Part shown: positions 28,231 to 38,308 of the stretch, one piece after another
How the letters are laid out: every line of letters begins with the position of its first letter
Position numbering within the stretch: the first letter of the stretch is position 1
Source: Lachnospiraceae bacterium
GTDB taxonomy: Bacteria > Bacillota > Clostridia > Lachnospirales > Lachnospiraceae
Direction of reading: 5' to 3'
Assembly: GCA_016281335.1 (NCBI GenBank)
Contig: JAEEIK010000143.1
Coordinates: 12,436-76,435, forward strand
Length of the DNA stretch: 64,000 bases
The notes under the pieces: generated by a model
Told to the model about the DNA's origin: nothing
What the model saw: the letters and a program-made list of their open reading frames with translations, nothing else
The model's database searches: none
Made by a program: the position numbers and the translations under genes

Positions 28231-29010
28231 GTGATGAGTGATGTGACCCTGCTGGACAAAACCAGAAAGATCGGGCAGCTGCTGCACAATAACAGTGCCG
28301 GGAAAGTGGCCTTTTCCGACATCTGCGAGGTCTGCTCGGAGATACTTAAGTCCAACGTGCTGGTCATAAGCTTCCGCGGAAAACTTCTGGGCGCAGCCAT
28401 CGACAGAGATACTGCGGTCATAGACGAACTGATAACTCATAAAACGGGAGAGTTTATAGATAAGGGCTTAAACGGCCGTTTCATGCGTATACTCTCCACC
28501 CAGGACAATCTTAACCTGCTGACTCTCGGCTTCTCCAGAAAGAAGGCGGAGGGCAGCGAAAGATACCATGCCTGCGCAGTCCCGATCTTCATGAACGGCG
28601 AGCGTCTCGGTACGCTGTTTTTCTACAAGAATAACGGCTGGTACGATATAGATGACGTAATACTCTGCGAATACGCGGCTACGGTTGTGGGGCTGGAAAT
28701 GATGCGGAGCATGGATACCGAGCAGAATGCCGAAGAGCATATGGCTAACGGTGTGAAATCTGCCATAGATTCCCTTACGGCTTCGGAGATCGCTGCTGTA
28801 AAGTGTCTGTTAAAAGGCGCGGGTGCAGAAGAGAGACTTATCGTTGCCGGACAGATAGCTGAAGAATCGGGCGTTACCAGGTCTGTCGCAGTCAATGCCA
28901 TAAGAAAACTGGAAAGCGCGGGTGTCATAAAAACCCGTTCGGCAGGTGTCAAAGGTACCCGTGTACTGGTTACCAACGGACTTATTCTCGAAGAACTCAA
29001 GAAGATTTAA
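28231..29010 (+). CDS. codY: CodY transcriptional regulator, diverged
   Basis: LLDKTRKI, GERLGTL, YAATVVGLEMMR, winged HTH GVTRSVAVNAIRKLESAGV; topA-codY-flgB order. Confidence 0.9.
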   Translation: MMSDVTLLDKTRKIGQLLHNNSAGKVAFSDICEVCSEILKSNVLVISFRGKLLGAAIDRDTAVIDELITHKTGEFIDKGLNGRFMRILSTQDNLNLLTLGFSRKKAEGSERYHACAVPIFMNGERLGTLFFYKNNGWYDIDDVILCEYAATVVGLEMMRSMDTEQNAEEHMANGVKSAIDSLTASEIAAVKCLLKGAGAEERLIVAGQIAEESGVTRSVAVNAIRKLESAGVIKTRSAGVKGTRVLVTNGLILEELKKI

Positions 29011-29017
29011 ATTTATC

Positions 29018-29055
29018 TAAAAATCCTTGTAAATTTTTCCGATAAATAATATAAT
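29018..29055 (+). promoter_or_regulatory. Overlapping sigma-28-like and sigma-A-like promoters of the flgB operon
   Basis: TAAA-N16-TCCGATAA (29018-29045) and TTGTAA-N16-TATAAT (29028-29055). Confidence 0.55.
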
Positions 29056-29201
29056 AAAACATGGATGAAATAGTCACGGCAGGGAAGCTTCATAAAAGGA
29101 AGGCTTTCTTGTTTTATGTATTTTGAATATGTTATGTAAATTACTTATGTAATCGTATTCAAAGAATAAGTATGAACAGCCTTCTTGAAAAGGAGGAGCA
29201 G

Positions 29202-29597
29202 ATGATAAATACAAATACTTTCGGCTATATCAATCTGCTGGATAAAACAGCAGATGCGGCATGGCTGAAACATGAGGCTATATCAAACAATATAGCCAAT
29301 GTCGATACTCCGGGATACAAGCGTCAGGACGTGGCATTTGAGGACCAGCTGGCAAGGGTGCTCAATAAGGTGGAGTATGACACTATGGATGCAAAGGTTT
29401 ACCACCTGAATATGAACAGGATCGAGCCCAGAGTGTATACGGAAGCCTTTGACTTCTCATACAGGCTTGACGGGAACAATGTGGACATCGATACGGAGAA
29501 CGTATATCTTGCGGAGAACCAGTTAAGATACAACGGTCTGATTAACAGTATGCAGAGCGAGTTTGCGAATTTAAGGACGGCTATGGGTACGTCGTAA
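29202..29597 (+). CDS. flgB: Flagellar basal-body rod protein FlgB
   Basis: SNNIANVDTPGYK, DGNNVDID; start at ATG 29202 behind aaggagg. Confidence 0.96.
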   Translation: MINTNTFGYINLLDKTADAAWLKHEAISNNIANVDTPGYKRQDVAFEDQLARVLNKVEYDTMDAKVYHLNMNRIEPRVYTEAFDFSYRLDGNNVDIDTENVYLAENQLRYNGLINSMQSEFANLRTAMGTS

Positions 29598-29611
29598 AGG
29601 AGAGATGAATT

Positions 29612-30115
29612 ATGGGAATGTTTCATGCTTTTGATATAACGGCAACCGGTCTGACGGCTGAGCGCTATCGTATGGATACCATTGCCGAGAATATTGCAAA
29701 TACCAATACCACCAGGACCGCGGACGGCACTCCTTACCGCAGGAAGGTTGTGACTTTTGAGACTCAGGATACTGAGCAGGACAGGAGAAGTTTCGGACAT
29801 GTACTTTCCAGCATAGTGGGCAGCGGAACAGCGCAGCTCCACAACGGCAGGAGAGTCGTGAATGAGGATATGATAGGCTACGGCGTAAAGATCCCGAAGA
29901 TCAGTGAGGATAATGAAACGCAGATGAATATGGTCTATGATCCCTCGCATCCCGATGCGGACGAGAACGGATATGTTACCTATCCAAATGTTAACACGAT
30001 AACCGAAATGACTAACCTGATAGATGCAAACCGTGCATACGAAGCAAATGCAACGGTGTTCAATGCCAGCAAGTCTATGGCCAATACCGGTATAGGACTT
30101 GCAAGCAAGGGTTGA
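29612..30115 (+). CDS. flgC: Flagellar basal-body rod protein FlgC
   Basis: ENIANTNTTRT, YDPSHPDA, YPNVN, RAYEAN. Confidence 0.96.
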   Translation: MGMFHAFDITATGLTAERYRMDTIAENIANTNTTRTADGTPYRRKVVTFETQDTEQDRRSFGHVLSSIVGSGTAQLHNGRRVVNEDMIGYGVKIPKISEDNETQMNMVYDPSHPDADENGYVTYPNVNTITEMTNLIDANRAYEANATVFNASKSMANTGIGLASKG

Positions 30116-30129
30116 AGGAGGTGAAGTAA

Positions 30130-30462
30130 ATGCAGGTAGCGCCTACTTATGAACCTCATCTTATGACTAACAGAGCGGTACGCGGGGCCATAAGGCCGGA
30201 TATCACCGCTCTTAACGGAAACGAAAAGAAGGATGACCTTTTCGGCTCTCTTCTTGATTCTGCGATAAATAACATAAACAAAACAAACGGATACCTCTCG
30301 GATATGGAAAACGAAGAGGTCAAGTTTGCCTTAGGCGAGACGGACAACGCTCATGATCTCGGCGTAGCGATACAGAAAGCATCAACAGCATTGCAGTATA
30401 CTGTCGCCGTCAAGAACGCAGCAATGGAAGCCTACAGACAAATTATGCAAATGCAGGTATAG
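30130..30462 (+). CDS. fliE: Hook-basal body protein FliE
   Basis: C-terminal AYRQIMQMQV; position in operon. Confidence 0.92.
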   Translation: MQVAPTYEPHLMTNRAVRGAIRPDITALNGNEKKDDLFGSLLDSAINNINKTNGYLSDMENEEVKFALGETDNAHDLGVAIQKASTALQYTVAVKNAAMEAYRQIMQMQV

Positions 30463-30564
30463 GAGCGAAGCGGAATCCGAGGGCACGTTGGAGGAGTGCG
30501 GAAGCGCGAAGCGCGTAGCAATCCGGTAGCTTATAAAGTAGCGGAATAAGAAAAAGGAGAAATC

Positions 30565-32172
30565 ATGGTTGACAAACTCTTGGCATGGCTGAGGAGCCTG
30601 CCCGGGAAAATTGCAGACTGGTGGGAGAAATTTTCGAAGCGTCAGAAGACGACTATAGTTATTCTCGCACTGGTTGTTCTTGTTGCTTTCGGTATACTTA
30701 TCTTTGCGATGACCAGGCCGGAGTATGTTACCATCTATACTGCAAAGAATGCAACGGAAGCAAACGATGTAATGGCACTTCTGGAAGGTGATGATATTGC
30801 GTACCAGACTTCCGAGGACGGCATGATCATAAAGATCAACCGCAAGGACTATACCAAGGCAGTGCTGCTCCTGGGATCCAACAGCATAACGACAGATGCA
30901 TTTACTATTGATAATGTTACAAACGGTGGTTTCTTTACTACCGAATCGGATACACAGAAGAAATATATAGTATACCTTGAGGATACTCTGGAACAGACAC
31001 TTGAGTATCAGACTTTTGTCAAGGATGCAACGGTTCATCTGAATCTTCCCGAAGAAAACGGAACGCTGATCGCACAAAATCAGGAAGCATCAGCTTCGGT
31101 AATGCTCGTGCTTTCTGATGTCTGCACTGCCGATTCCGCAGCTGCTATGGCAAGACTTATAGCTACTGCTCTTGGCAATGATACCACAGACCATATCACG
31201 ATCATGGATAACGAAGGAACATTGCTTTATTCCGGAGCGGAAAGCAATGAAGGCATAGGCAATGTTGCGGCGGCTTTGGATGTATCTGATAAAGTGGCAC
31301 AGTCCATGCGTAACGAAGTTAAGAAGGTTCTGGCTGCTACACAACAGTTCTCCTCCATAGAGGTGGCTGCAAATGTGATGATCAACCAGAAGAAGTTAAG
31401 GGAGACCACTCATACTTACTCAAATACCGAGGAAGAAAAAGACGGCGTACTTGCAAGCCGCGATACCTATCATTCTGAATCCACAGGATCTGTCAGCGGT
31501 ATACCCGGTACTGATTCAAATGTCGAGACAGGATACATGTACGAGAATAATCAGACAGATTCTACGCTGGTAAACGAGACCAGTGAGGATTTCCTGCCTG
31601 ATGAATATATCCGTGACGAAGAACTTCCTGTGGGAGCCATAGAATACAGCAACTCTTCTGTGGCTGTATCTCTTGTGACCTACAACGTTATAAGGGAAGA
31701 TGACGTCAAAGAAGATGGGCTTCTGGACGGCATAAGCTGGGAACAGTATAAGCGCAACAATGATATCAAGACTAAGCTGGAAGTGGATTCCGATATAGTA
31801 GGCATGGTGTCGAATGCGACCGGTGTTCCCACCAGCCGCATAACTGTTGTTTCTTATGAGGAACCCTTCTTTGTGGATCACGAAGGACTTAATATCGGAC
31901 TTACGGATGTGCTTCAGATACTGCTGATCTTACTGATCATGGGCCTGCTGCTCTTTGTTATACTCCGCAGCATGCACCAGGCAAAGACAGAAGTGCCGGA
32001 ACCCGAAATATCCATAGACGATATACTGGTATCCACGCCTGTTGAAGAAATGGCTGATATAGGTGTTGAGGATAAATCAGAAGCAAGAAAGATAGTTGAA
32101 AAATTTGTGGAAGATAATCCGGATGCGGCGGCAAACCTGCTTCGCAACTGGCTTAATGAGGATTGGGACTGA
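30565..32172 (+). CDS. fliF: MS-ring protein FliF
   Basis: Two TM helices flanking a large extracytoplasmic region; C-terminal NPDAAANLLRNWL. Confidence 0.93.
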   Translation: MVDKLLAWLRSLPGKIADWWEKFSKRQKTTIVILALVVLVAFGILIFAMTRPEYVTIYTAKNATEANDVMALLEGDDIAYQTSEDGMIIKINRKDYTKAVLLLGSNSITTDAFTIDNVTNGGFFTTESDTQKKYIVYLEDTLEQTLEYQTFVKDATVHLNLPEENGTLIAQNQEASASVMLVLSDVCTADSAAAMARLIATALGNDTTDHITIMDNEGTLLYSGAESNEGIGNVAAALDVSDKVAQSMRNEVKKVLAATQQFSSIEVAANVMINQKKLRETTHTYSNTEEEKDGVLASRDTYHSESTGSVSGIPGTDSNVETGYMYENNQTDSTLVNETSEDFLPDEYIRDEELPVGAIEYSNSSVAVSLVTYNVIREDDVKEDGLLDGISWEQYKRNNDIKTKLEVDSDIVGMVSNATGVPTSRITVVSYEEPFFVDHEGLNIGLTDVLQILLILLIMGLLLFVILRSMHQAKTEVPEPEISIDDILVSTPVEEMADIGVEDKSEARKIVEKFVEDNPDAAANLLRNWLNEDWD

Positions 32173-33185
32173 TGGCGTCAAATAATGATTCTTTAAGCGG
32201 ACTTCAGAAGGCGGCAGTACTACTGATAGCTTTGGGACCTGAAATGAGTTCGTCCGTATTCAAGCATCTTAAGGAGGAAGAGATAGAGGATCTGACTCTT
32301 GAGATAGCAAATACCAGAAGTGTATCTCCCCAGGTCAAAGAAGACGTTATCAATGAATTCTATGAGATCTGTCTGGCCCAGCAGTATATCGCCGAGGGTG
32401 GTATAGGTTATGCAAAAGAACTCTTGGAAAAGGCTCTCGGCGCGGACAAAGCGCTGGACGTTATAGGAAAACTCACAGCTTCACTGCAGGTGAAGCCTTT
32501 CGAGTTTGTAAGAAAGACGGATGCATCGCAGCTCTTATCATTTATACAGGATGAACATCCCCAGACCATAGCCCTGATACTTTCTTATCTGTCTGCTACC
32601 CAGGCGGCGCTTATACTTTCATCTCTGCCGCAGGAAAGCCAGGCGGATGTGGCAAGGCGTATAGCGACTATGGACAGGACCAGTCCCGATGTGATCCAGG
32701 AAGTGGAGAGAGTATTGGAATCAAAGCTTGCAAACCTTGTAAATCAGGACTACACGATAATCGGCGGTGTGGACCAGGTAGTAGAGATACTGAACTCAAC
32801 GGACAGAGGAACCGAGAAACATATCATGGAGATCCTGGAAATAGAAGATCCCGGTCTTGCGGACGAGATCAGAAAGAAGATGTTCGTATTCGAGGATGTG
32901 CTCCTGCTCGACGACCGTTCCATACAGCGTGTGCTGCGTGATGTTGATAACTCCGAACTCGGACTTGCGCTCAAGGGTGCTAATGAAGAAGTGCAGAATG
33001 TCATATTCAACAACCTATCTAAACGACTGGCAGAGATGATAAAGGAAGATATGGAATTCATGGGACCTGTGCGTATGAAAGATGTGGAAGAAGCGCAGCA
33101 GAAGATAGTAAACATCATCCGCAAGCTGGAGGATGCCGGTGAGATAGTCATTTCCAGAGGCGGAGGTGACGAGATCATTGTCTAG
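32172..33185 (+). CDS. fliG: Motor switch protein FliG
   Basis: KAAVLLIALG, EHPQTIALILS, MFVFED, GPVRMKDVEEAQ; ATG overlaps the fliF stop. Confidence 0.97.
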   Translation: MASNNDSLSGLQKAAVLLIALGPEMSSSVFKHLKEEEIEDLTLEIANTRSVSPQVKEDVINEFYEICLAQQYIAEGGIGYAKELLEKALGADKALDVIGKLTASLQVKPFEFVRKTDASQLLSFIQDEHPQTIALILSYLSATQAALILSSLPQESQADVARRIATMDRTSPDVIQEVERVLESKLANLVNQDYTIIGGVDQVVEILNSTDRGTEKHIMEILEIEDPGLADEIRKKMFVFEDVLLLDDRSIQRVLRDVDNSELGLALKGANEEVQNVIFNNLSKRLAEMIKEDMEFMGPVRMKDVEEAQQKIVNIIRKLEDAGEIVISRGGGDEIIV

Positions 33186-34032
33186 TAATCTGGTCAAGGG
33201 CGGCTATATCAGTGTAGCTGCCGGGGACAAACTTACCATAGATAATAATGAATTTGTAGCCAGAAGGATAGAAGAGCTCACCAGGCAGATGAAGGAAGAG
33301 ACTCCCCAGGCCATAGAGGAGAGCTTTTCCGAGGGCCTCGATCCGATGACCGTAGAAGCACTTGTCAGTGATGAAGGCACTGATGAGGGCTTTGTTCAGG
33401 GCGGTATTATAAAGGCGGATGCTTCTAAAAGCAGTGAAGAAGCGGCTGCAGTTATCTCCGATGCCAATGCGAAGGCACAGGAGATAATAGAATGCGCCGA
33501 GCAGGAAGCCGAAGAGATAAAAGCCCGGGCGGCGAAAGAAGGCGAAACGGCGGGCTATAACGAAGGACTTAATAAGGGCAGGGAAGAAGCTAAGAGAGAA
33601 CTTGAACAAAAAGAGAAAGCCCTTGATGATGAAAAAGAAAAACTTGAACAGGAATATCTGAAAAAAGCCGAGGAGCTTGAGCCTATGCTGGTGGACAAGC
33701 TGGCGGAAATATTCGAAAGAGTATGCGGAGCAAGACTTGAGAATGACAGGGATACCGTGATGTATCTGTTGAACAGGGCGCTTACAGGCAGTGAAAGCGG
33801 AAGGGATTATATAATACATGTTACTTCCGATGATTATCAGGCGGTAAGAGCGGCAAAGGAAGAACTTTGCAAAGGAACAGGCATACTGCCGGAAAATATC
33901 GAGATAGTGGAAGATGCCACTTTATCAGCCGGAGGATGCATGATAGAAAGCGACGGCGGCATCTGGGATTGCTCACTGGGAACTCAGCTGAAGCAGCTGG
34001 CGGCGGAACTAAGGATATTGAGTTATACGTAA
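33178..34032 (+). CDS. fliH: Flagellar assembly protein FliH
   Basis: GYNEG repeats, C-terminal GGCMIESDGG; probable TTG start. Confidence 0.88.
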   Translation: MSSNLVKGGYISVAAGDKLTIDNNEFVARRIEELTRQMKEETPQAIEESFSEGLDPMTVEALVSDEGTDEGFVQGGIIKADASKSSEEAAAVISDANAKAQEIIECAEQEAEEIKARAAKEGETAGYNEGLNKGREEAKRELEQKEKALDDEKEKLEQEYLKKAEELEPMLVDKLAEIFERVCGARLENDRDTVMYLLNRALTGSESGRDYIIHVTSDDYQAVRAAKEELCKGTGILPENIEIVEDATLSAGGCMIESDGGIWDCSLGTQLKQLAAELRILSYT

Positions 34033-34048
34033 AGCCTCGGGAGACGGA

Positions 34049-35344
34049 ATGGACTTAGGGAAATATGACGCTGCGGCGGAAAAACTGTATTATCGCAAGC
34101 TTGGCAAGATAGTTAATGTGGTGGGTCTTACGCTTGAAAGCGCAGGCCCCGATGCCAAGATGGGCGATATGTGCAGGATCACGACAGCTGACGGAAAAGT
34201 GATAATGTCCGAAGTCGTGGGATTTAAGAATAATATGACACTGCTGATGCCATATGAGAACACCGAAGGCATAGGAGCGGGCTGTATAGTAGAAAACCTG
34301 GAAAAGCCACTCTCGGTACAGGTGGGCGATTTCCTGATAGGACAGATACTTGACGGATTGGGACGTCCGATAAGTGATTTCACTCCCAGCGGGGAGACCT
34401 GGTATCCCATGGATGCAAAGAGCCCGGATGCGATGACTAGGGCCATTATAAACGAAGCCCTTCCTCTCGGTGTAAAGGCGGTAGATGGCATGATCACCAT
34501 AGGCAAAGGCCAGAGAATAGGGATATTTGCAGGTTCGGGCGTAGGTAAATCCACACTGATGGGAATGTTCGCAAGGAATACCAGGGCTCAGATAAATGTG
34601 ATAGCCCTGATCGGAGAGCGCGGACGAGAGGTTCGCGAGTTCATTGAAAGAGACCTTGGTGAAGAGGGTATGAAAAGATCCGTGGTGGTATGCGCAACCT
34701 CGGACAAGCCTGCTCTCGAGCGAAAGAAAGCGGCGCAGACAGCTACCGCCATTGCTGAATACTTCAGAAACAAGGGCTGCGATGTGCTGCTGATGATGGA
34801 TAACCTTACGAGATTTTCAATGGCTCAGAGAGAGATAGGCCTGGCTACCGGAGAACCGCCGGTTACCAGAGGCTATCCGCCAAGCGTATATTCGGAGATG
34901 CCGAAGCTGTTGGAGCGCGCCGGCAAGAATGACAAAGGATCGATAACCGGACTTTATGCGGTACTTGTGGACGGCGATGATTTTAACGAGCCGATAACGG
35001 ATACTGCCAGAGGTATACTTGACGGACATATAATGCTTTCAAGACGCCTGGGTGCAAAAGGCCATTATCCGGCGATAGATGTGATGTTCTCAATATCCAG
35101 ATGTATGCCTATGGTGACTTCGAAGGAACACAGAGCGGCAGCCACTAAATTAAAAAGCGTGATGGCAACATATGATGAGGCCGAGGACCTGATCAATATC
35201 GGAGCGTATAAAAAGGGCTCAAATTCAAAGATCGATTATGCGATATCGAAGATAGATGCGGTAAATGATTTTCTCTGTCAGGATGTGGATGAAAAGATAG
35301 AGTTCGAGGACAGCGTGCAAAGACTGGAAGCACTGTTTAAATAA
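34049..35344 (+). CDS. fliI: Flagellar export ATPase FliI
   Basis: Walker A GSGVGKS, LIGERGREV, GEPPVTRGYPPS, YPAIDV. Confidence 0.97.
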   Translation: MDLGKYDAAAEKLYYRKLGKIVNVVGLTLESAGPDAKMGDMCRITTADGKVIMSEVVGFKNNMTLLMPYENTEGIGAGCIVENLEKPLSVQVGDFLIGQILDGLGRPISDFTPSGETWYPMDAKSPDAMTRAIINEALPLGVKAVDGMITIGKGQRIGIFAGSGVGKSTLMGMFARNTRAQINVIALIGERGREVREFIERDLGEEGMKRSVVVCATSDKPALERKKAAQTATAIAEYFRNKGCDVLLMMDNLTRFSMAQREIGLATGEPPVTRGYPPSVYSEMPKLLERAGKNDKGSITGLYAVLVDGDDFNEPITDTARGILDGHIMLSRRLGAKGHYPAIDVMFSISRCMPMVTSKEHRAAATKLKSVMATYDEAEDLINIGAYKKGSNSKIDYAISKIDAVNDFLCQDVDEKIEFEDSVQRLEALFK

Positions 35345-35371
35345 GCGGCGCGAAGAAACGCGGGGTTTTTG

Positions 35372-35827
35372 ATGGCGAGATTTGTATATCGTATGCAGAA
35401 TATACTCGAGCTGAAAGAAAAACTCGAGGAGCAGGAAAAAAACAACTTTGCCATGAGGCAGAGGCAGCTTAACGAGGAACAGGAAATACTGGATAAGCTG
35501 CTTGAACACCTGAATGCGCTGGAAGAAGAAGGCAAGGCTCTGAGACTTTCAGTTATCGATGTACTGAAGATCAAAGAGAACGAACGAAGTGTTGAATACG
35601 CGGAAGAAGAAGTAAAGAAACAGCGTATCAAAGTGAGGGTGGCCGAGAAGAATCTGGAAGCTGCAAGGACCAGGATGCAGGAAGCCATACAGGAACGCAA
35701 GATACATGAAAAAATGAGGGAAAAGGCTTTCGAACGCTTTATAGCGGAGATGAATGCGGCTGAAGTTAAGGAAATAGATGAACTGACAAGCTACGTATAC
35801 GGAACCAGGACACCGGAGGATTCATGA
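35372..35827 (+). CDS. fliJ: Flagellar export protein FliJ
   Basis: MARFVYRMQNILELKE start, coiled coil, E.KEIDE. Confidence 0.93.
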   Translation: MARFVYRMQNILELKEKLEEQEKNNFAMRQRQLNEEQEILDKLLEHLNALEEEGKALRLSVIDVLKIKENERSVEYAEEEVKKQRIKVRVAEKNLEAARTRMQEAIQERKIHEKMREKAFERFIAEMNAAEVKEIDELTSYVYGTRTPEDS

Positions 35828-35852
35828 TCCTGCGGTAATGAAGGAGCGGAAT

Positions 35853-36713
35853 ATGGCTGACGAGAAAGATTTAAAAGCCGAGAAGAAAAAACTTGCCGAA
35901 GAAAAGAAAAAGCTGAAAGCTGATGAGAAAAAGCAGAAGCTTGAAGTAAAGAAACGTGCCAAGGAACTGGCAGATCAGGAAGCCGAACTTGATGACGAGA
36001 CACCCGGCGGCGGTCTGTCGATGTTCATTGTCACGCTTTTTATAGTGCTGATATGGATCGCTATAATCCTGGTTCTTATCAAGCTGGACGTGGGCGGCTT
36101 CGGAAGCGGAGTGTTAAAGCCCGTTCTTAAAGATGTCCCTATACTCAATAAGATACTCCCCGGAGATTCCACTACCGAGACGGATGATCTGGAAGCATAT
36201 TACGGTTATACCTCTCTGTCAGAGGCAGTTGATAAGATAAGAGCGCTTGAACTGGAGCTTACCAGTGCCCAGACTGCAAATGCTTCCTATGTCAATGATC
36301 TGGAACTTCTTAAAGAAGAAGTATTGCGTCTGCAGACTTTTGAAAAACAGCAGGTAGAGTTCCAGAGGATAAAGAACGAGTTTTATCAGGAAGTGGTCTA
36401 TGCGACCAACGGTCCCGGACCGGATGAATACAGAAAATATTATGAAGAGATGGATCCTGCAACGGCGGAAGCACTGTACCAGCAGGTAGTGACTTCACAG
36501 GCAGTAGCCGGCAAGATGAGCGATTATGCTGCGGGCTATGCAGCAATGGATCCCGCGGCCGCTGCCAAGATATTTAATACCATGGGCAATTCACTTGATC
36601 TGGTGGGAGAAATACTCTGGTCCATGACCAGTGCCCAGCGCGGAGCCATTCTCCAGGCCATGGATCCTACCATAGCTGCCCAGGTGACAAAGATAATGGA
36701 GCCGGAAAAATAG
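35853..36713 (+). CDS. MotE/YlxF-like flagellar operon protein
   Basis: Single TM helix, C-terminal Y..MDP..AA repeats; sits between fliJ and fliK. Confidence 0.7.
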   Translation: MADEKDLKAEKKKLAEEKKKLKADEKKQKLEVKKRAKELADQEAELDDETPGGGLSMFIVTLFIVLIWIAIILVLIKLDVGGFGSGVLKPVLKDVPILNKILPGDSTTETDDLEAYYGYTSLSEAVDKIRALELELTSAQTANASYVNDLELLKEEVLRLQTFEKQQVEFQRIKNEFYQEVVYATNGPGPDEYRKYYEEMDPATAEALYQQVVTSQAVAGKMSDYAAGYAAMDPAAAAKIFNTMGNSLDLVGEILWSMTSAQRGAILQAMDPTIAAQVTKIMEPEK

Positions 36714-36743
36714 TATTAAGTCCTCATGGGTGGTTGCCGATAA
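36713..36743 (+). promoter_or_regulatory. Sigma-28 (FliA/SigD)-type promoter upstream of fliK
   Basis: TAAG-N15-GCCGATAA within GTATTAAGT-N13-TGCCGATAA. Confidence 0.8.
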
Positions 36744-36789
36744 TAATATTGAGCAACTTACCATAATACATAAAAGAGGAGGAACGTCC

Positions 36790-38295
36790 ATGATAAACGC
36801 ACCGATCGGCGGGCCGGATATTCTGCAGATACAGAACATTTCACCCGCAGTGCAGAAGCAGGGGATAGATACGGGCAACGATTTCAAGCAGGCTTTTGAA
36901 AGCGCAAAGGATACGGTATCTGAAGCTTCGGAAAGCACTAAAGTAAACAGGACGGAAGGAACCGGTGCAGGCGGAAAGGACTCTGGGACAGCTGATCAGA
37001 CTGTCGACAATTCAAAAGCAAAACAGAATAATGCCAAAGAAACATCAACTGACAGAAAAGATAATGTCAAAGATGATGCTGATATTAAGGATACCATCAA
37101 AGCGGAAACTGCGGACAGTTCCGTAAATGAGGACGTGGCGGAAATCGAAGAGGTCGTTTTTGATACAGCCGAGATATCAAAGATTACTGAGAAAATGATA
37201 CTTGATATTGCGGCTCTTCTCGGCATATCTCCCGAAGAACTGGGCACTGTCCTTGATAATATGGGAATAGAGGCATCCGATCTGATGGTCAGCGAGAATA
37301 TAAATATACTTGTTGCGGATGTAAAAGGCGGCGGTGACATGATAAGCCTTGCGGCTGATGCAAGTCTGATGGAACTTGCTGCTGATATCAATACTCTCGT
37401 TGCAGATGTTCAGGAAAAGATAGAAGCGATATATGCAGACATACCTGAAGAAACCGTAAAAGAAGTTGTCAGAGAGAGTTTTGAAGCGATTGTTACGACT
37501 GAAGAAACGGCGCTTGTACAGACTGATAAGAATGCAACTGTCGGTAATGTAACGGATAAGCTGAATGTCTCTGTAGCGGATAATGAGACTGTGATCGCAG
37601 CCGGGGATATGGTTGTAGAAAAAGTCGAAGCCGTTGAAAATACAGGAAATAAAGAGAACACCGGAAATAATGCCGGAACAGAGAAGAATGAAGACAGGCA
37701 TACGGCTTTTGAACACACGGAACACAGAGAGGCGCTGAACTTTACCCGTGTGGAAGTGACGCCTGAAATGGAAGTGAGACCTGAAGATGTCGTGAAGGCT
37801 GATGAGAGCCTTATGAGATACGGAAGCAATGCGGCGGAAGTTGCGGATCAGATACTGGAACATATGAAGGCCCAGGTTAAGCCTGATATGGGTAGTCTTG
37901 AGATGGTACTTCATCCTGCAAGTCTCGGCAGCGTGGCTGTTAATCTGGCAAGTAACAGCGGCAATATCACGGCGCAGTTCACGGTACAGAATGAAGCTGT
38001 AAGAGAAGCCATTGAAGCACAGATAGTCATCTTTAAGGAGAATCTGGAACAGCAGGGTGTTAAAGTTGAAGCGGTAGAAGTTGCGGTGGCAAGTCACGGC
38101 TTTGAGGAGAATCTGGAACAGGGCAACGATCAGAACGATGCCGAAGATGCAGAAAGAGAAAGACTCAGGAAAGCCAACAGGAATATAGATCTCGGAGCGT
38201 TCGGCGATGAAGTGCCCGAAGATATAGATGAAGCTGAAAGCGTAACGGTAGATATGATGAGATCCGACGGAAACCGGATGAATTACAGAGTATAA
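36790..38295 (+). CDS. fliK: Hook-length control protein FliK
   Basis: Low-complexity N-terminus; C-terminal LHPASLGSV..AQF..QNEAVREAIE..L..QGVKVEAVEV; RBS agaggagg. Confidence 0.9.
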   Translation: MINAPIGGPDILQIQNISPAVQKQGIDTGNDFKQAFESAKDTVSEASESTKVNRTEGTGAGGKDSGTADQTVDNSKAKQNNAKETSTDRKDNVKDDADIKDTIKAETADSSVNEDVAEIEEVVFDTAEISKITEKMILDIAALLGISPEELGTVLDNMGIEASDLMVSENINILVADVKGGGDMISLAADASLMELAADINTLVADVQEKIEAIYADIPEETVKEVVRESFEAIVTTEETALVQTDKNATVGNVTDKLNVSVADNETVIAAGDMVVEKVEAVENTGNKENTGNNAGTEKNEDRHTAFEHTEHREALNFTRVEVTPEMEVRPEDVVKADESLMRYGSNAAEVADQILEHMKAQVKPDMGSLEMVLHPASLGSVAVNLASNSGNITAQFTVQNEAVREAIEAQIVIFKENLEQQGVKVEAVEVAVASHGFEENLEQGNDQNDAEDAERERLRKANRNIDLGAFGDEVPEDIDEAESVTVDMMRSDGNRMNYRV

Positions 38296-38308
38296 AGGGG
38301 GTACGGAT

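Noticed and set aside
35345-35371. cgcg-aagaaa-cgcg followed by T5 between fliI and fliJ as a terminator
   Set aside because: The stem is only about 4 bp, too weak to call.
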